From the NCBI RefSeq assembly GCF_009914755.1, contig NC_060928.1: DNA of 64,000 nucleotides; one strand, written 5' to 3'. This document shows positions 16,578 through 31,000 of this stretch, piece after piece. Made by a program: the position numbers and the translations under genes. Source of the DNA: the human T2T-CHM13v2.0 reference genome, Homo sapiens. The notes beneath the pieces were generated by a model. It searched no databases, was not told the DNA's origin, and saw only the letters and a list, made by a program, of their open reading frames with translations. Positions within the stretch are counted from its first letter, which is position 1. Every line of letters begins with the position of its first letter.

Positions 16578-17462
16578 TATCCCCCTTTTCTTTTTGACAA
16601 AACCACCACCATCATCATGGCCCCTTCTCGCTGGTTGCTGTCTCTCTGGAGCTGCTGGATACACCTGTAGACTAACAATAGAAAGGACAGACATACAAGG
16701 ATTAATACAAAATTTGCAACAGTGGAATTTCCTGTGGTTTTAACCCAAGTGACAGGGGGCAAGAGGACGGTGTGGGTGCTGTGGCACCCAGGCGGTCTGC
16801 CACCTCCTTTGTGTCTTAGTTGCTGTTTCTCATAGTTTTCGGTCTTTCTCCTCACCTGTTCTCTCACACCTTTTATCTCTTTGTCTCCCTTTTCTTACAG
16901 TCTCTCTCTTTTATACTATCTCTCTCCCCAGGCTCACTTTCTGTGTCTCTCTCTGATCTCTGTCTCTTTTTCTTTCTCTTCCTCTCCCTGGCTCTCCACA
17001 TGTGTCGTTTTCTTGGTGGTTGGCAACTTCATCTGTTCTTCTGATATCACCATTTTGTTCACCCTGCGAGTCGATGATGCTCGATTGCGGGTTTTCTGTC
17101 TCTGCGGAGGCACTTTCATTTGCATCTCTGATGGGTTCATTATAGAACTTCAAATGTCTAGTGGGTATCCAAACAGGAAGCTGATTTTCTCCTGGTGAAA
17201 CACAAGCAAAACCTCTCCCCCATATTATCACCTTACCTATTTCCCATGTTTTGTTTTTGTTGTCTTTCCACCAAATCAGTTTTCCTCATGTGGGCTGTTC
17301 TTTTTACCAGTAAAATGTTCTGCAGAAGTAGTGGTCTGATTTCTATGTATGTTTAGAAAATTTAAAGTGTAGAGTGTTAGATTAAGTTGCATCTGGGGAG
17401 TGTTATACTCCTTACTGTCTTTTTCCTTTTTTTGTTTAGCCATTTGAGCTTTGAGTGTTCTA
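16578..17462 (-). mobile_element. HERV-K(HML-2) internal remnant: integrase C-terminus, env/rec N-terminus, ~250-bp unassigned insert, env C-terminus/np9-frame exon
   Basis: [17 protein letters not shown] and [30 protein letters not shown] (IN); [12 protein letters not shown]...[11 protein letters not shown] (Env/Rec leader); PVTWVK...LSKRKGG...RDQTVTVS (TM tail); LQVYPAAP...[14 protein letters not shown] (Np9 frame). Confidence 0.96.
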
Positions 17463-18038
17463 AGCAGGACAGGTAAGATCTGCATCTGGCACAGCCAGCC
17501 ATGTCTTCTTACCCTCTGCTTCCCTTTCTGCCTGTGACTGAATGGGCATGTCAGGGTCTAGTAGGGGATCCAGGAGGAGGAAGCCTCATTAACTTCTATT
17601 CTGCAGCAATTGATGGCCACCCAACTTGAACAGTGGGGGCTTATCACCTCATGTACTAAGACCAGAGATAGCTGATGCCAAGTTTGGCTAAATTAGTAGC
17701 TTGAGATGTTAGGTTTTTCATTTGAGGTTTCTATGCTGCTATTGTCTTCTGCTCTTGGACACAGAGGCTGCCACAATCCGCATGTCAAGTCCTCATGTGA
17801 CAATATCCAGAGACAGCAAGGAAGAGGTACAGGGTATTCCTGCATGTTTCTTAAAAAAATGTTTTTGATAGAGAATAATTGTACACGTTTATGGGGTCCA
17901 TGTGAGATTCTGGTACATGCATGCAATGTGTAATGATCAAATCAGGGTCTTTAGGATATTAATCACCTCAAACATTGATCATTTCTTTGTGTTGGGAATA
18001 TTTCAAATCTTATTGCTATTTAGAAATATACAATAAAT

Positions 18039-20052
<2,014 letters not shown>

Positions 20053-21587
20053 GAAATATACAATAAATTGTTGTAGTCACTTTCTGTGATAATAAACACT
20101 AGATCTTATTCCTTCTGTTATATATTTTTATACACATCAATCAACCTCTTTTCAAACCCCTCCTATTCCCAGCCTCTGGTAACTATCATTCTACTCTTTA
20201 TCTCCATGATATCAATTTTATATAGCTCCAGAGCACACAAGTACATAACTGCGGTCTCTATCCCTGACCTACTGACCTGAAACCTGGCCCCCACTTTGAT
20301 TTCCAGGAGCATAAACCGCTCATATAAGTGAGAACATGCAATAGTTTTCTTTCTGTGCATGGCCTAGTTCACCTAACATTATGACCTTTAATTCCATCCA
20401 TTTAGCTGAAAATGACAGGATTTCATTCTTCTTTATGGCTGAATACTATTCTATTGTGAGTATATTCCCATTTTCTTTATCCGTTCATCCATTGATTGAC
20501 ATTTAGATTGATTCCATATCTTGGCTATTGTAAATAGTGCTGCAGTAAATATGGGGGTACAGATATCCCGTTGATACACTGATTTTTTTTTGGATATATA
20601 CCCAGGAGTGGGATTGCTGGATCATATGGTAGATCTGTTCTTAGTTTTTTGAGAAATCTGTGTACTTTTTTTCATAATAGCTGTACTAATTTACATTCCC
20701 ACCAACAATATACAATAATTTTCTTTTCTTCACATGCTTGCCAGCATTTGTTGTGCTTTGTCTTTTTCATAATAGCCATTCTAACAAGTGTGAGATGATA
20801 TCTCATTGTGGTTTTGATTTGCATTTCCGTGATGATTAGTGATGTTGAATGTTTTTTCATAAACTTGGTGATTTGTATATCTTCTTTTGAGAAATGTCTG
20901 TTTATTTTTTGATAGTTTCTTTTGCTGTGCAGAAGCTCTTTCATTTAATTAGATCCCATTTGTCAATTTTTTCTTTTGTGGCAATTGCGTTTGGCATCTT
21001 CACCATGAACTCTTTGCCCATCACTATGTACCGGATGGTATTGCCTAGGTTGTCTTCCAGCGTGTTTATAGTTATGAGTTTTACATTTAAGACTTTAGGC
21101 CATCTTGAGTTAATTTTTGTGTATGGTGTAAGGGTAGGGTGTTGTCTTTTCACTCTGTTGATTGCTTTCTTTGATATGCGGAAGGTATTTAGTTTAATAT
21201 AATCCCATTTGTCTGTTTTTGTTGCTTGTACTTTTTAAGTGTTAACCGTACAATCTTTGTTCTCAAGCGTTTCTCCTGTGTTTACTTCTAGTAGTTTTAT
21301 AGTTGTGGCTGTTACATTTAAGTCTTTAATTGATTTTGAGTTTATTTTTGTAAGTGATGAGAGATAAGGGTCTAGTTTTATTCTTCTGTGTTTGGATATC
21401 TAGTTTTCCTGGCACCATTTAATGAAGAGGGTGTCCTTTATTCAATGTATGTTCTTGACTGCTTTCTTGAAAATCAGTTAGCTGTAAATATGTGGATTCA
21501 TTTCTGGATTCTTTAGTCTGTTTCCTTTGTTTTTGTGTCTGTTTTAATACCAATACACGCTGTTTTGGTTACTATGGCTTTGCAGTG

Positions 21588-21783
21588 TATATATATATAT
21601 ATATATTTATTTATTTATTTATTTATTTTTTTTTTTGAGACGGAGTCTTGCTCTGTCACCCAGTCTGGAGTGCAGTGGCACGATCTTGGCTCACTCTAAG
21701 CTCTGCCTCCCAGGTTCATGCCATTCTCCTGCCTCAGCCTCCTGAGTAGCTGGGACTACAGGTGCCCACCACCACACCTGACT

Positions 21784-21818
<35 letters not shown>

Positions 21819-21935
21819 GTGGACACGGGGCTTCACCGTGTTAGCCAGGATGGTCTCGATCTCCTGACTTTGTGATCTACCCGCCTCGGCCTCTCAAAGT
21901 GCTGGGATTACAGGCATGAGCCACCGCACCCGGCC
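21588..21935 (-). mobile_element. AluY/Sc-like with (TA)n(TTTA)n tail and expanded poly-T linker
   Basis: Reverse Alu dimer; TSD gctttgcagt(g/a)tat. Confidence 0.93.
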
Positions 21936-22426
21936 GCTTTGCAGTATATTTTTAAATCAGGTAGTGTGAGGCTTCTAGCTTTCTTCTTTTTGCACAGTAT
22001 TGCTTTGGCTATTTGGGGTCTTCTATGCTTCCATATGAATTTCAGGGTTTTTTTTTTCCTGTTTCTGTGAAGAATATAATTGATAGGGATTGTACTGAAT
22101 CTCTAGATTGCTTCGGGTAGCATGGTCATTTTAACAGTATTAGTTATTCCAACCCACGAGCATGAGATGCCTTTCCATTTGTTCACGTCCTTCTCAATTT
22201 ATTTTATCAGTGTCTTGTGCTTGTCATTGTAGATGTTTTTTGGGTTTTTTTCCCCATCCTTGGTTAAGTTTATTCCTAGGTATTTTATTTTTGTAGCTAT
22301 TGTAAATAGAATTTCTTCCTTGATTTCTATTTTAGCTAGTTTGTTACTGGTATATAGAAATATTACTGATTTTTGTATGTTGATTTTGTGTTCTGAAGCT
22401 TTACTGAATTATACATCCGTTTTTAA

Positions 22427-22661
22427 TTTTTTTTTTTCTTTTTTCTTTTTTGAGATAGAGTCTCACTCTGTTGCCCAGGCTAGAGTGCAGTGGTGCTGGG
22501 ATTATAGGCACCTACCACCATGCCTGGCTAACTGTATTTTTAGTAGAGACAGGGTTTCACCATGTTGGCCAGGCTGGTCTCAAACTCCCAACCTCAGGTG
22601 ATCTGCCCACCTTGGCCTCCCAAAGTGCTGGGATTACAGGCATGAACTACCATGTCCAGCC
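22427..22661 (-). mobile_element. AluS-like with internal deletion
   Basis: gtgcagtggt joins directly to gctgggattata. Confidence 0.9.
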
Positions 22662-24382
22662 TAATTTATCCATTGTCAGAGGTTTTTGGTGGAGTCTTTA
22701 GGTTTTCCTGTTTACAAATATAAGATTATGTCATCTGCAAAGTGAGACAATTTGACTTCCTCTTGTCCATTTTGGATGCCTTTTATTTCTTTATCTTGTC
22801 TGATCACTCTGGCTTGGATGTCCCATACTGTGTTGAATAAGAGTGGTGAAAGCGGGCACCCTTGTCTTGTTCCAGTTCTTAGAGGAAAGGCTTTTCAATT
22901 TTTCCCAGTGAGTAGGATGTTAGCAGTAGATTTGTCATGTATGCCTTTTCTTATGTTGAAGTGTTCCTTCTATGCATAATTTGTTGAGAGTTTTCATCAT
23001 GAAGGAATGGTAAGTTTTACTGAGTGATTTTTCTGCATCTGCTGAGATGATCAGATAGTTTTTGCCTTTCATCTTGTTGATGTGATGTATCACATGTATT
23101 GATTTGTGTAGGTTGAGCCATCTTTGCATTCCTGGGATAAATCCCACTTGATCATGGTATATTATCTTTTTCATTCACCATTAGATTTGGCTTGGTAGTA
23201 TTATGCTGAGAATTTTTCCATCTGTGTTCATTAGGAATATTGGCCTGTAGTTTTCTCTTTGTGTTGTGTCTTTGTCTTGATTGGATATCAGGGTAATGCT
23301 GGCCTTATACAATGAGTTAGGAAGAATTCCCTCCTCTTCAATTTTTGGGAATAATTTGAGAAGAACTGTTGTTTGTTGTTCTTTATAAATTGGGTAGAAA
23401 TCAGCATAAAAGACTAGCCTAGGGCTTTTCTCTTTTGGGAGACTTTTTGTTACTGATTCAAACCTGCTATTCATTTTGGGTCAGTTCAGGTGCTTTTGCT
23501 GTATCCCATAGGTTTTGCATGATGTGTTTCCATTTTCTGTTTAAAAAAATTTTTGATGTCCATCTTAATTTCTTCATTGATCCAATGATCATTCAATAGC
23601 ATGTTTAATGTCCATGTATTTGTACAGTTTCCAAATTTCCTCTTCTTATTGATTTCAAGTTTTATTCCATTGTGTTCTGAGAAGATACTTGATATGATTT
23701 TAATTTTTAAAATTTTATTGAGCCTTGTTTTGTGTCCTAACATATGGTCTATCCTGGAGAATGTTCCATGTGTTGATGAGATGATTGTATATTCTGCTGC
23801 TGCTGGATGAAATATTCTGAAAATATCTGTTAGGTCCATTGGTCTAAAGTGCAGCTTAAATCTAATGTTTCTTTGTTGATTTTATGTCTAGATGAACTGT
23901 CCAATGCTGAAAGTAGGATATTGAATTTCTCAACTATCATTGTATTGGACTCTATCTCTTCCTGTAGATTTAATAATATTTGCTATGTGTGTCTGGATGT
24001 GCTTGTGTTTGTTGTGTGCATATTTAGAATTGTTATACTTTGTTGCCGAATTGATCCCTTTATTACCATATAATGACCTTCTTTGTCCTTTTTACAGTTT
24101 TTGACTTAAAGTCTGTTTTATCTGATGTAAGTTTAGCTACTCCTGATTACTTTTGATTTCTGTTTGTGTGGTATATCTTTTTCAATCCCTTCACTTTCAG
24201 TCTGTGTGTCTTTACAAGTGAAGTGAGTTTCTTGCAGACGTTGTTGGGTCATTTTTTATCCATTAAGCCTGTCTCTATCTTTTAGGTAGGTAATTTAACC
24301 CATATTTGAAGTTATTATTGATAGGTGAGGACTTATTCCTGTCATTTTGTTCATTGTTTTCTGGTTATTTTGTATATCCTTT

Positions 24383-26665
24383 TGATATGGTTTGGCTGTG
24401 TCCCCACTCAGATCTCATCTTGAATTCCCATGTTTTGTGGGAGGGACCCAGTGGGAAGTAGTTGAATCATGGAGGCAGGTATTTCCCATGCTATTCTTTT
24501 GATCGTGAATAAGTCTCATGAGAGCTGATGGTTTTAAAAGGAGGAGTTTCCCTGCTCAAGCTCTCTCTTTGCCTGCTGCCATCCTTGTAAGATGTGACTT
24601 GCCTCTCCTTGACTTCCGCAACGATTTGAAGCCTCCCCAGCAATGTAGAACTGTAAGTCCATTAAACCTCTTTCTTTTGTAAATTTCCCAGTCTTGAATG
24701 TGTCTTTATCAGCTGTGTGAAAATGGACTAATACAGTAAATTAGTACCAGAGTGGGGTGTTGCTAAAAGATAACTGAATATGTGGAAGTGACTTTGGAAC
24801 TGGGAAACAGGCAGAGGTTGGAACAGTTTGGAGGGCTCAGAAGTTGACAGGAAAATGTGGGAAAATTTGGAAGAGATTTCCTAGAGGCTTGCCCAAAATG
24901 CTGATGGTTATATGGACAATAAAGTCTAGGCTTAGGTTGTCTCAGATGGAAATGAGGAACTTGTCAGGAACTGGCACAAAGGTGACTCCTGTTATGTTTT
25001 AGCAAAGAGACTTGTGGCATTTTGCCCCTGCTGTAGAGATTTGTAGAATTTTGAACGGGAGAGAGATGATTTAGGGTGTCTGGTAGAAGAAATTTCTAAG
25101 CAGCAAAGCATTCAGGAGATGACTTGGGTGCTGTTAAAGGCCCTCAGTTTTATACGGGAAGCAGAGCATGAAAGTTTGGAAAATTTGCAGCCTGACAATG
25201 CAATAGAAAAGAAAATCCCATTTTCTCAAGAAAAATTTGATCTGGCTGCAGAAGTTTGTGTAAGTAACGAGGAGTCAAATGTGAATCCCTAAGACAATGG
25301 GGAAAATGTCTCCAGGGCATGTCACAGATCTTCATGGCAGCCCCACCCATCAAAGGCCCAGAGGCCTAGGAAGAACAGATGGTTTTGTGGGCTGGACCAA
25401 GGGTACCCCTGCTGTGAGCAGCCTAGGGTGCCTGAGTCCTAGCCACTCCAGCTGCAGCTAAAAGGAGCCAAGGTACAACGTGGGCTGTGGCTTCAGAGGG
25501 TGCAAGCCCCAAGCCTTAGCAGCTTCCACATAGTGTTGAGCCTATGGGTGCACAGAAGTCAAAAATTGAGGTTTGGGAACCACTGCATAGATATCAGAAG
25601 ATGTATGGAAATTCCTAGATGTCCAGGCAGGAGTTTGCTGCAGGGGCAGGGCACTCATGGAGAACTTCTACTAGGGTAGTGCGGAAGGGAAATGTGGGGT
25701 GAGAGCCTCCACATGGAGTCCCTACTGCAGCGCCACCTAGTGGAGATGTGAGAAAAGGGCCACCATCCTCCAGACCCCAGAATGGTGGATTCACTGACAG
25801 CTTGCACTGTGTGCCTGGAAAAGCTGCAGACACTCAATGCCAACCCATGAAAGGAGCCAGGAGGGGATTTATACCCTACAAAGCCACAGGAGTGGAGCTG
25901 TGGCTTTTTTTCTCCCAAGGCCGTGGGAGCCCACCTCTTACATCACCATGACCTGCATGTGAGACATGGAGTCAAAAGAGATCATTTTGGACCTTTGAGA
26001 TTTGACTGCCCCACTGGATTTTGGGCTTCATGGGGCCTGTAGCTCCTTTGTTTTGGCAATTTTCTCCCATTTGGAATGACTGTGTTTACCCAATGCCTAT
26101 ACCTTCATTGTATCTAGGAAGTAACTAACTTGTTTTTGATTTTCCATGCTCATAGGTGGAAGGGATTTGCCTTGTCTCACATAAGACTTTGGACAGTGGA
26201 CTTGTGAGTTAATGCTGAACTTAGTTAAGACTTTGGGGGATAGTTGGGAAGGCATGATTGGTTTTGAAATGTGAGGATATGAGATTTGGGAAGGGCCAAG
26301 GGCAGAATGATATGGTTTGGTTGTGTCCACACCCAAATGTCATCTTGAATTCCCACATGTTGTGGGAGGGACCTAGTGGGAAGTAATTGCATCATTGGGG
26401 CAGGTCTTTCCCATGCTGTTCTCATGATAGTGAATACGTCTCACAAGGTCTGATGATTTTAAAAAGGGTAGTTTCCCTGCAGAAGCTCTCTCTTTGCCTT
26501 CTGCCATCCATGTGAGACATAACTTGCTTCTTCTTGCCTTCCAACGTGATTGTGAGGCTTCCTCAGCTATGTGGAAGTGTAAGTCCATTAAACCTCTTTC
26601 TCTTGTAAATTGCCCAGCCTCAGTCAGGTATGTCTTTATCAGCAGTGTGAAAACAGACTAATACA
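24383..26665 (+). mobile_element. Full-length THE1 (THE1A-like MaLR): LTR 24383-24735, internal region, LTR 26308-26665
   Basis: Two LTRs tgatatggtttgg...gactaataca; internal begins gtaaattagtaccagagtgggg; host L1 sequence continuous across the insertion (degenerate TSD ccttt/tattt). Confidence 0.95.
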
Positions 26666-26916
26666 TATTTGTTCCTTTTTTTTCTCATTATTTATGGTTG
26701 CAGTTTGGTGGTTTTCTTTAGTGATGTTGTTTGAATCCTTTCTTCTTTGTGTGTCTGCTCTACCAGTGAGTTTTATATTTTCATACATTTTCATGATGGT
26801 AGATATTGTTCTTTTGCTTCCCAATGTAGGACTCCCTTAAGCATTTCTTGTAGGACCACAACAAACAAGACCCAAACAAACAGTCTTTTGCTTATCTGGG
26901 AAATACTTTTTTCCCT

Positions 26917-27085
26917 TTTATTTATTTATTTATTTTTTTAGCAATGGAGTCTCACTCTTTCACCCAGGCTGGAGTACACTGGTGTGATCATAGCTCAGTG
27001 CAGCCTTGAACTCCTGGGTCAAATGATCCTCCTGCCTCAGCCTTCTGAGTCTCTGGAATTACAGATGTGAGCCACTGTTCCAGGC
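26917..27085 (-). mobile_element. Alu monomer (FLAM/AluJ-like)
   Basis: Single reverse monomer with T-rich tail. Confidence 0.8.
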
Positions 27086-28043
27086 TCCTTCATTTGTGAA
27101 GGATAGCTTTGCTGGGTATAGTATTTTTGGCTTTTTTTTTTTTTTTTTTTTAACTTGTAGTATACATCTCCTTTTCTCCTAGCCTGTAAGGTTTCTGCTG
27201 AGAAATCCTGTCAGCCTGATGGAGATTCTCTTATAAATGACTTGATGTTTTCCCCTTGCTGTTTTCAGCATTTTCTCTTTGTCTTTCGACAATTTTACCA
27301 TAATGTGCCTTGGAGAAGACCTTTTTGAGTTGTATTTATTTGGTAATCTTTGAGCTTCCTGTATTTGGAAGCTTTCAGGAAGTTTTCAGTTATTATTTTA
27401 TTAAATAGGTTTTCTATGCCTTTACCCATCTCATCTCCATCCAGAACTCCCAGAATTTCAGTTTTTGGTCACATATGTGTCCCATATGTCATGTAGCCTT
27501 GCTTCATTCTTTTTTCTTTCTTTTTGTCTGACTGGATTATTTTAAAAGACTATTCTTCAGGTTCAGAAATTCTTTGTTTTGCTTGATCTATTCTATTGTT
27601 AAAGCTGTCAATTATCTTTTGCATTTCTTTCAATCATTTATTCCTTCCAGGGTTTGTGTTTGGTTCTTTGTTATGCTGCCTATCTCTGTTGAATTTCTCA
27701 TTCAGATTATGTATTGTTTTCCTGATTTTTTTGTATTCATTATGTGTGTTCTCTTGTATCTCCCTGAGTTTCTTTAATAACATTATTCTGAATTTTTTTC
27801 AGGCATTTCATAGATTTTCTTTTCATTGGAATCTGTTGCTGGAGAATTATTGTGCTTCTTTGGAGATGTTATGCTTCCTTTTTCATATTTCTTTCATCCT
27901 TATGTGACTATCTGTGCCTCTGACATAACAGTCACTTCTTCCAATTTTATGGATTGGCTTTTATATGGGAAAGACCTTTTCTTATAGCTATATCTACAAT
28001 GCTCATTGGATATCACACTTTGGCTTTGATTCTGGGTGTGTAG

Positions 28044-28435
<392 letters not shown>

Positions 28436-29062
28436 ACACAGCAGTTGTCATTGGAGGCTGTGATGAGGCTTTGCTGAGGATGGGGATGCCAGGAAGTCTT
28501 GTCCTTCAGCATCAGTGGTAGTGGTGGTGGACCAGGTTTGTCAATACTAGGGACCATGTGCAGTGTATATGGGCACTGATGATAGGCTGTCTGCGTGGGC
28601 CAAACCCTGGGCCTCCAGGTGGCTTCTTTGGTTGCTGGCAGTGGCAGCACTGGACCAGGTGGGCAGGTGCACCACTGGGCTCCTGGGTGGTGTGTGTGGC
28701 AGTCTGATCTCTAGTTCTCCAGGTGATGTGTGCAGGTTCTGGTGGTGGGTAGGCAGGTGTTTCCTCAGGCCTCTCAGTAGTAAGTGTGAGCACTAGCTCT
28801 GGAGGCAGTGTGAGTCAATCTCCAGGCCCCCAGATGGTACATTCAGGCACCAGCATATTCCTATGCATTTCTAGATAAAAGTATTTTTCAGAAAACCTGA
28901 GCATATGTCCTATTAATACAACTTACCCTCATCAGCTCTGCATGAGAAGAAGGGGGAATTCCCTCAGTAAAACAGTCAGAATGGAATCACAGACTTGTTT
29001 TGAGCCAGTCACTGGTAAGGGGGGGTAGGCTAAAATGATAAGCTCAGAATCTAAACCTTAGA

Positions 29063-29284
29063 CTAGGGAATGGCAAACTTTTTCCATAAAGAGGCAAACG
29101 GTAATATTTTAGGCATTTGCTCTAGATAACCTCTGTTGCAGTGATGCAGTGCTGCTATCATAGCCTAAAAGCATATGTAGGCAATGCATAAATGAATGGA
29201 CCTGGTTTTATTCCAGTAAAACTTAATTTATACAAACAGTCAGAGGGCCAGATTTGGCCCTTGGTCTATAGTTTGCCAACCCTG
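29063..29284. mobile_element. MER58A-like hAT DNA transposon
   Basis: Inverted termini tagggaatggcaaact...agtttgccaaccctg; ggccagatttggccc motif. Confidence 0.82.
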
Positions 29285-29396
29285 TTTAGAACAGTCACAA
29301 TTTATTCCCTGGGGTTGGGTCAACTTTTTCTTAAAAAAAAAAAGTTAGCAACCCATCGTCAGAATAAAATAGGGTTACTATTTAAAAACAAGAAGA

Positions 29397-29670
29397 GGCT
29401 GGGTGTGGTGGCTCATGCCTATAATCCTAGCACTTTAGGAGGATGAGGCAGGAGGCCTGCTTGGGGCCAGGAGTTTGAAACCAACTTGGGCAATATAGTG
29501 AGACCCTGTCTCTGCAAAGAATAAAAAAATTAGCCAGGCATGGGGGCACATGTCTGTAGCCTTAGCTACATAGGAGGCTGAAGGGGAAGATCACTTGAGC
29601 CCTGGATTTTGAGGTTACAGTGAGCTCTGACTGTACCACTTGTACTCTAGTCTAGGCAAAGAGGGAGAAC
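29397..29670 (+). mobile_element. AluJ-like
   Basis: Diverged Alu dimer. Confidence 0.9.
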
Positions 29671-29873
29671 CACCCACCACCCCCCCACAAAATAAAAGGT
29701 TGGTTGGGGCGGGTTGGAGAAGAAAGCATTTCTGAATTTCTGGGTAGGTTACTGGTAGTGTCAGGCCAAAAAAGCTCTACAGTCTTATTCATTATATGTA
29801 AAGGCAACTAGAAGATCTCCATCTAGCTATTAAAAATTGGTTAAAATCTACAGAGACAAAGGACAGTGACCCT

Positions 29874-30270
29874 TGTATCAGTTAGTTGTTGTCACAAAAT
29901 GCTGCATAACAAGTCACTCCAAATCTCAGTGGCTTAATACAACAATCGTTTATTTTCATGGATCTATGGGTCAGCTGAGGATTGGTTAATCTAGCATGAG
30001 CATGTCTGGGAAGCTCGACTTTGCTCTTGGTGTCTCTTATCTTCTGCTGGAAGCAGCAGTCTGGCCTGGGCTTGTTCTCATGGTGATAGCAGGAGTGAGA
30101 CAGCACAAATGAATGCACACTTTCCAAATTTTTGGTCATGCAGATTAATATTCCAGTGGCCAAAGCTAGACACATGACTAAACCCAACATTAGGGGCTGG
30201 AGAAATATACTCCGATTCTTCAGTGGGAGGAACTGCAGAGACAAATGACAGAGTCTTGGATACAGGGAGG
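29874..30270 (-). mobile_element. MLT1 (MaLR) LTR
   Basis: tgtatcagttag...tgctgcataacaagtcactccaaatctcagtggcttaa. Confidence 0.75.
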
Positions 30271-31000
30271 ACATGGATCCATTAATGTACCTTAATCAAC
30301 CACAACCCTCCAACCACCAATACAATTAAATAAGTATTTGTTGAATGCACTAGTGCCTGAATCCTTCTGGCTGCAGCCCAGGCAATGGGGGGCCTGACGG
30401 GGAGGGACCATAGCAGGGACTCGATGTCCTGCAGGTCTGCATGTAATTGTGTACGGCCGACTCCACGTTGGTCATGGCTGACTTGCTTTGTCCTGCGTCC
30501 CCAAAGGGCAACGATTGGCTGATTTTATTTCTGAACAATTTTGACAAAGTTGTTTTCAGGAGCCCAGGAAGCAAATCAGTTGTAGATTTGAATTTTGTAG
30601 GGGCTCAGAATTGTTGAATATATATATAGTCTTTTACATGCTGATAATTATTTCCATACCACAAAGAAGGCCGGCTATTAGGAGGCTGCTGTTCAATTCC
30701 TTTGCCCCGTGAACTCGTGAGCTGTGTCTTTGTGGGGGGGGCACTCACTTGTTAGAGGCGTTTCCCTTCATAATAACATCAGCCAACATTCTAAATAGAT
30801 GCAGGAAATTAAATAGTCTTCCCCAGACAGGTACTTTGCCCTTCTAAAGTGAATTACACATTGTAAAATAAAACACAGTCACATTAAAAAAACAAAAGGT
30901 CTTTGTGTCAGGTTGGTCTGGCTTCAGCAAAGATAATATTTGCCTCCAGAGTAGAAGATCCTTGGAATCCACAGTATTGCATACGGCAGCCCCACATCTT

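Noticed and set aside
17476-17850. Possible additional ERV or ENPP7-pseudogene exon next to the HML-2 truncation
   Set aside because: No recognisable peptide or repeat motif could be supported by eye; left unassigned.
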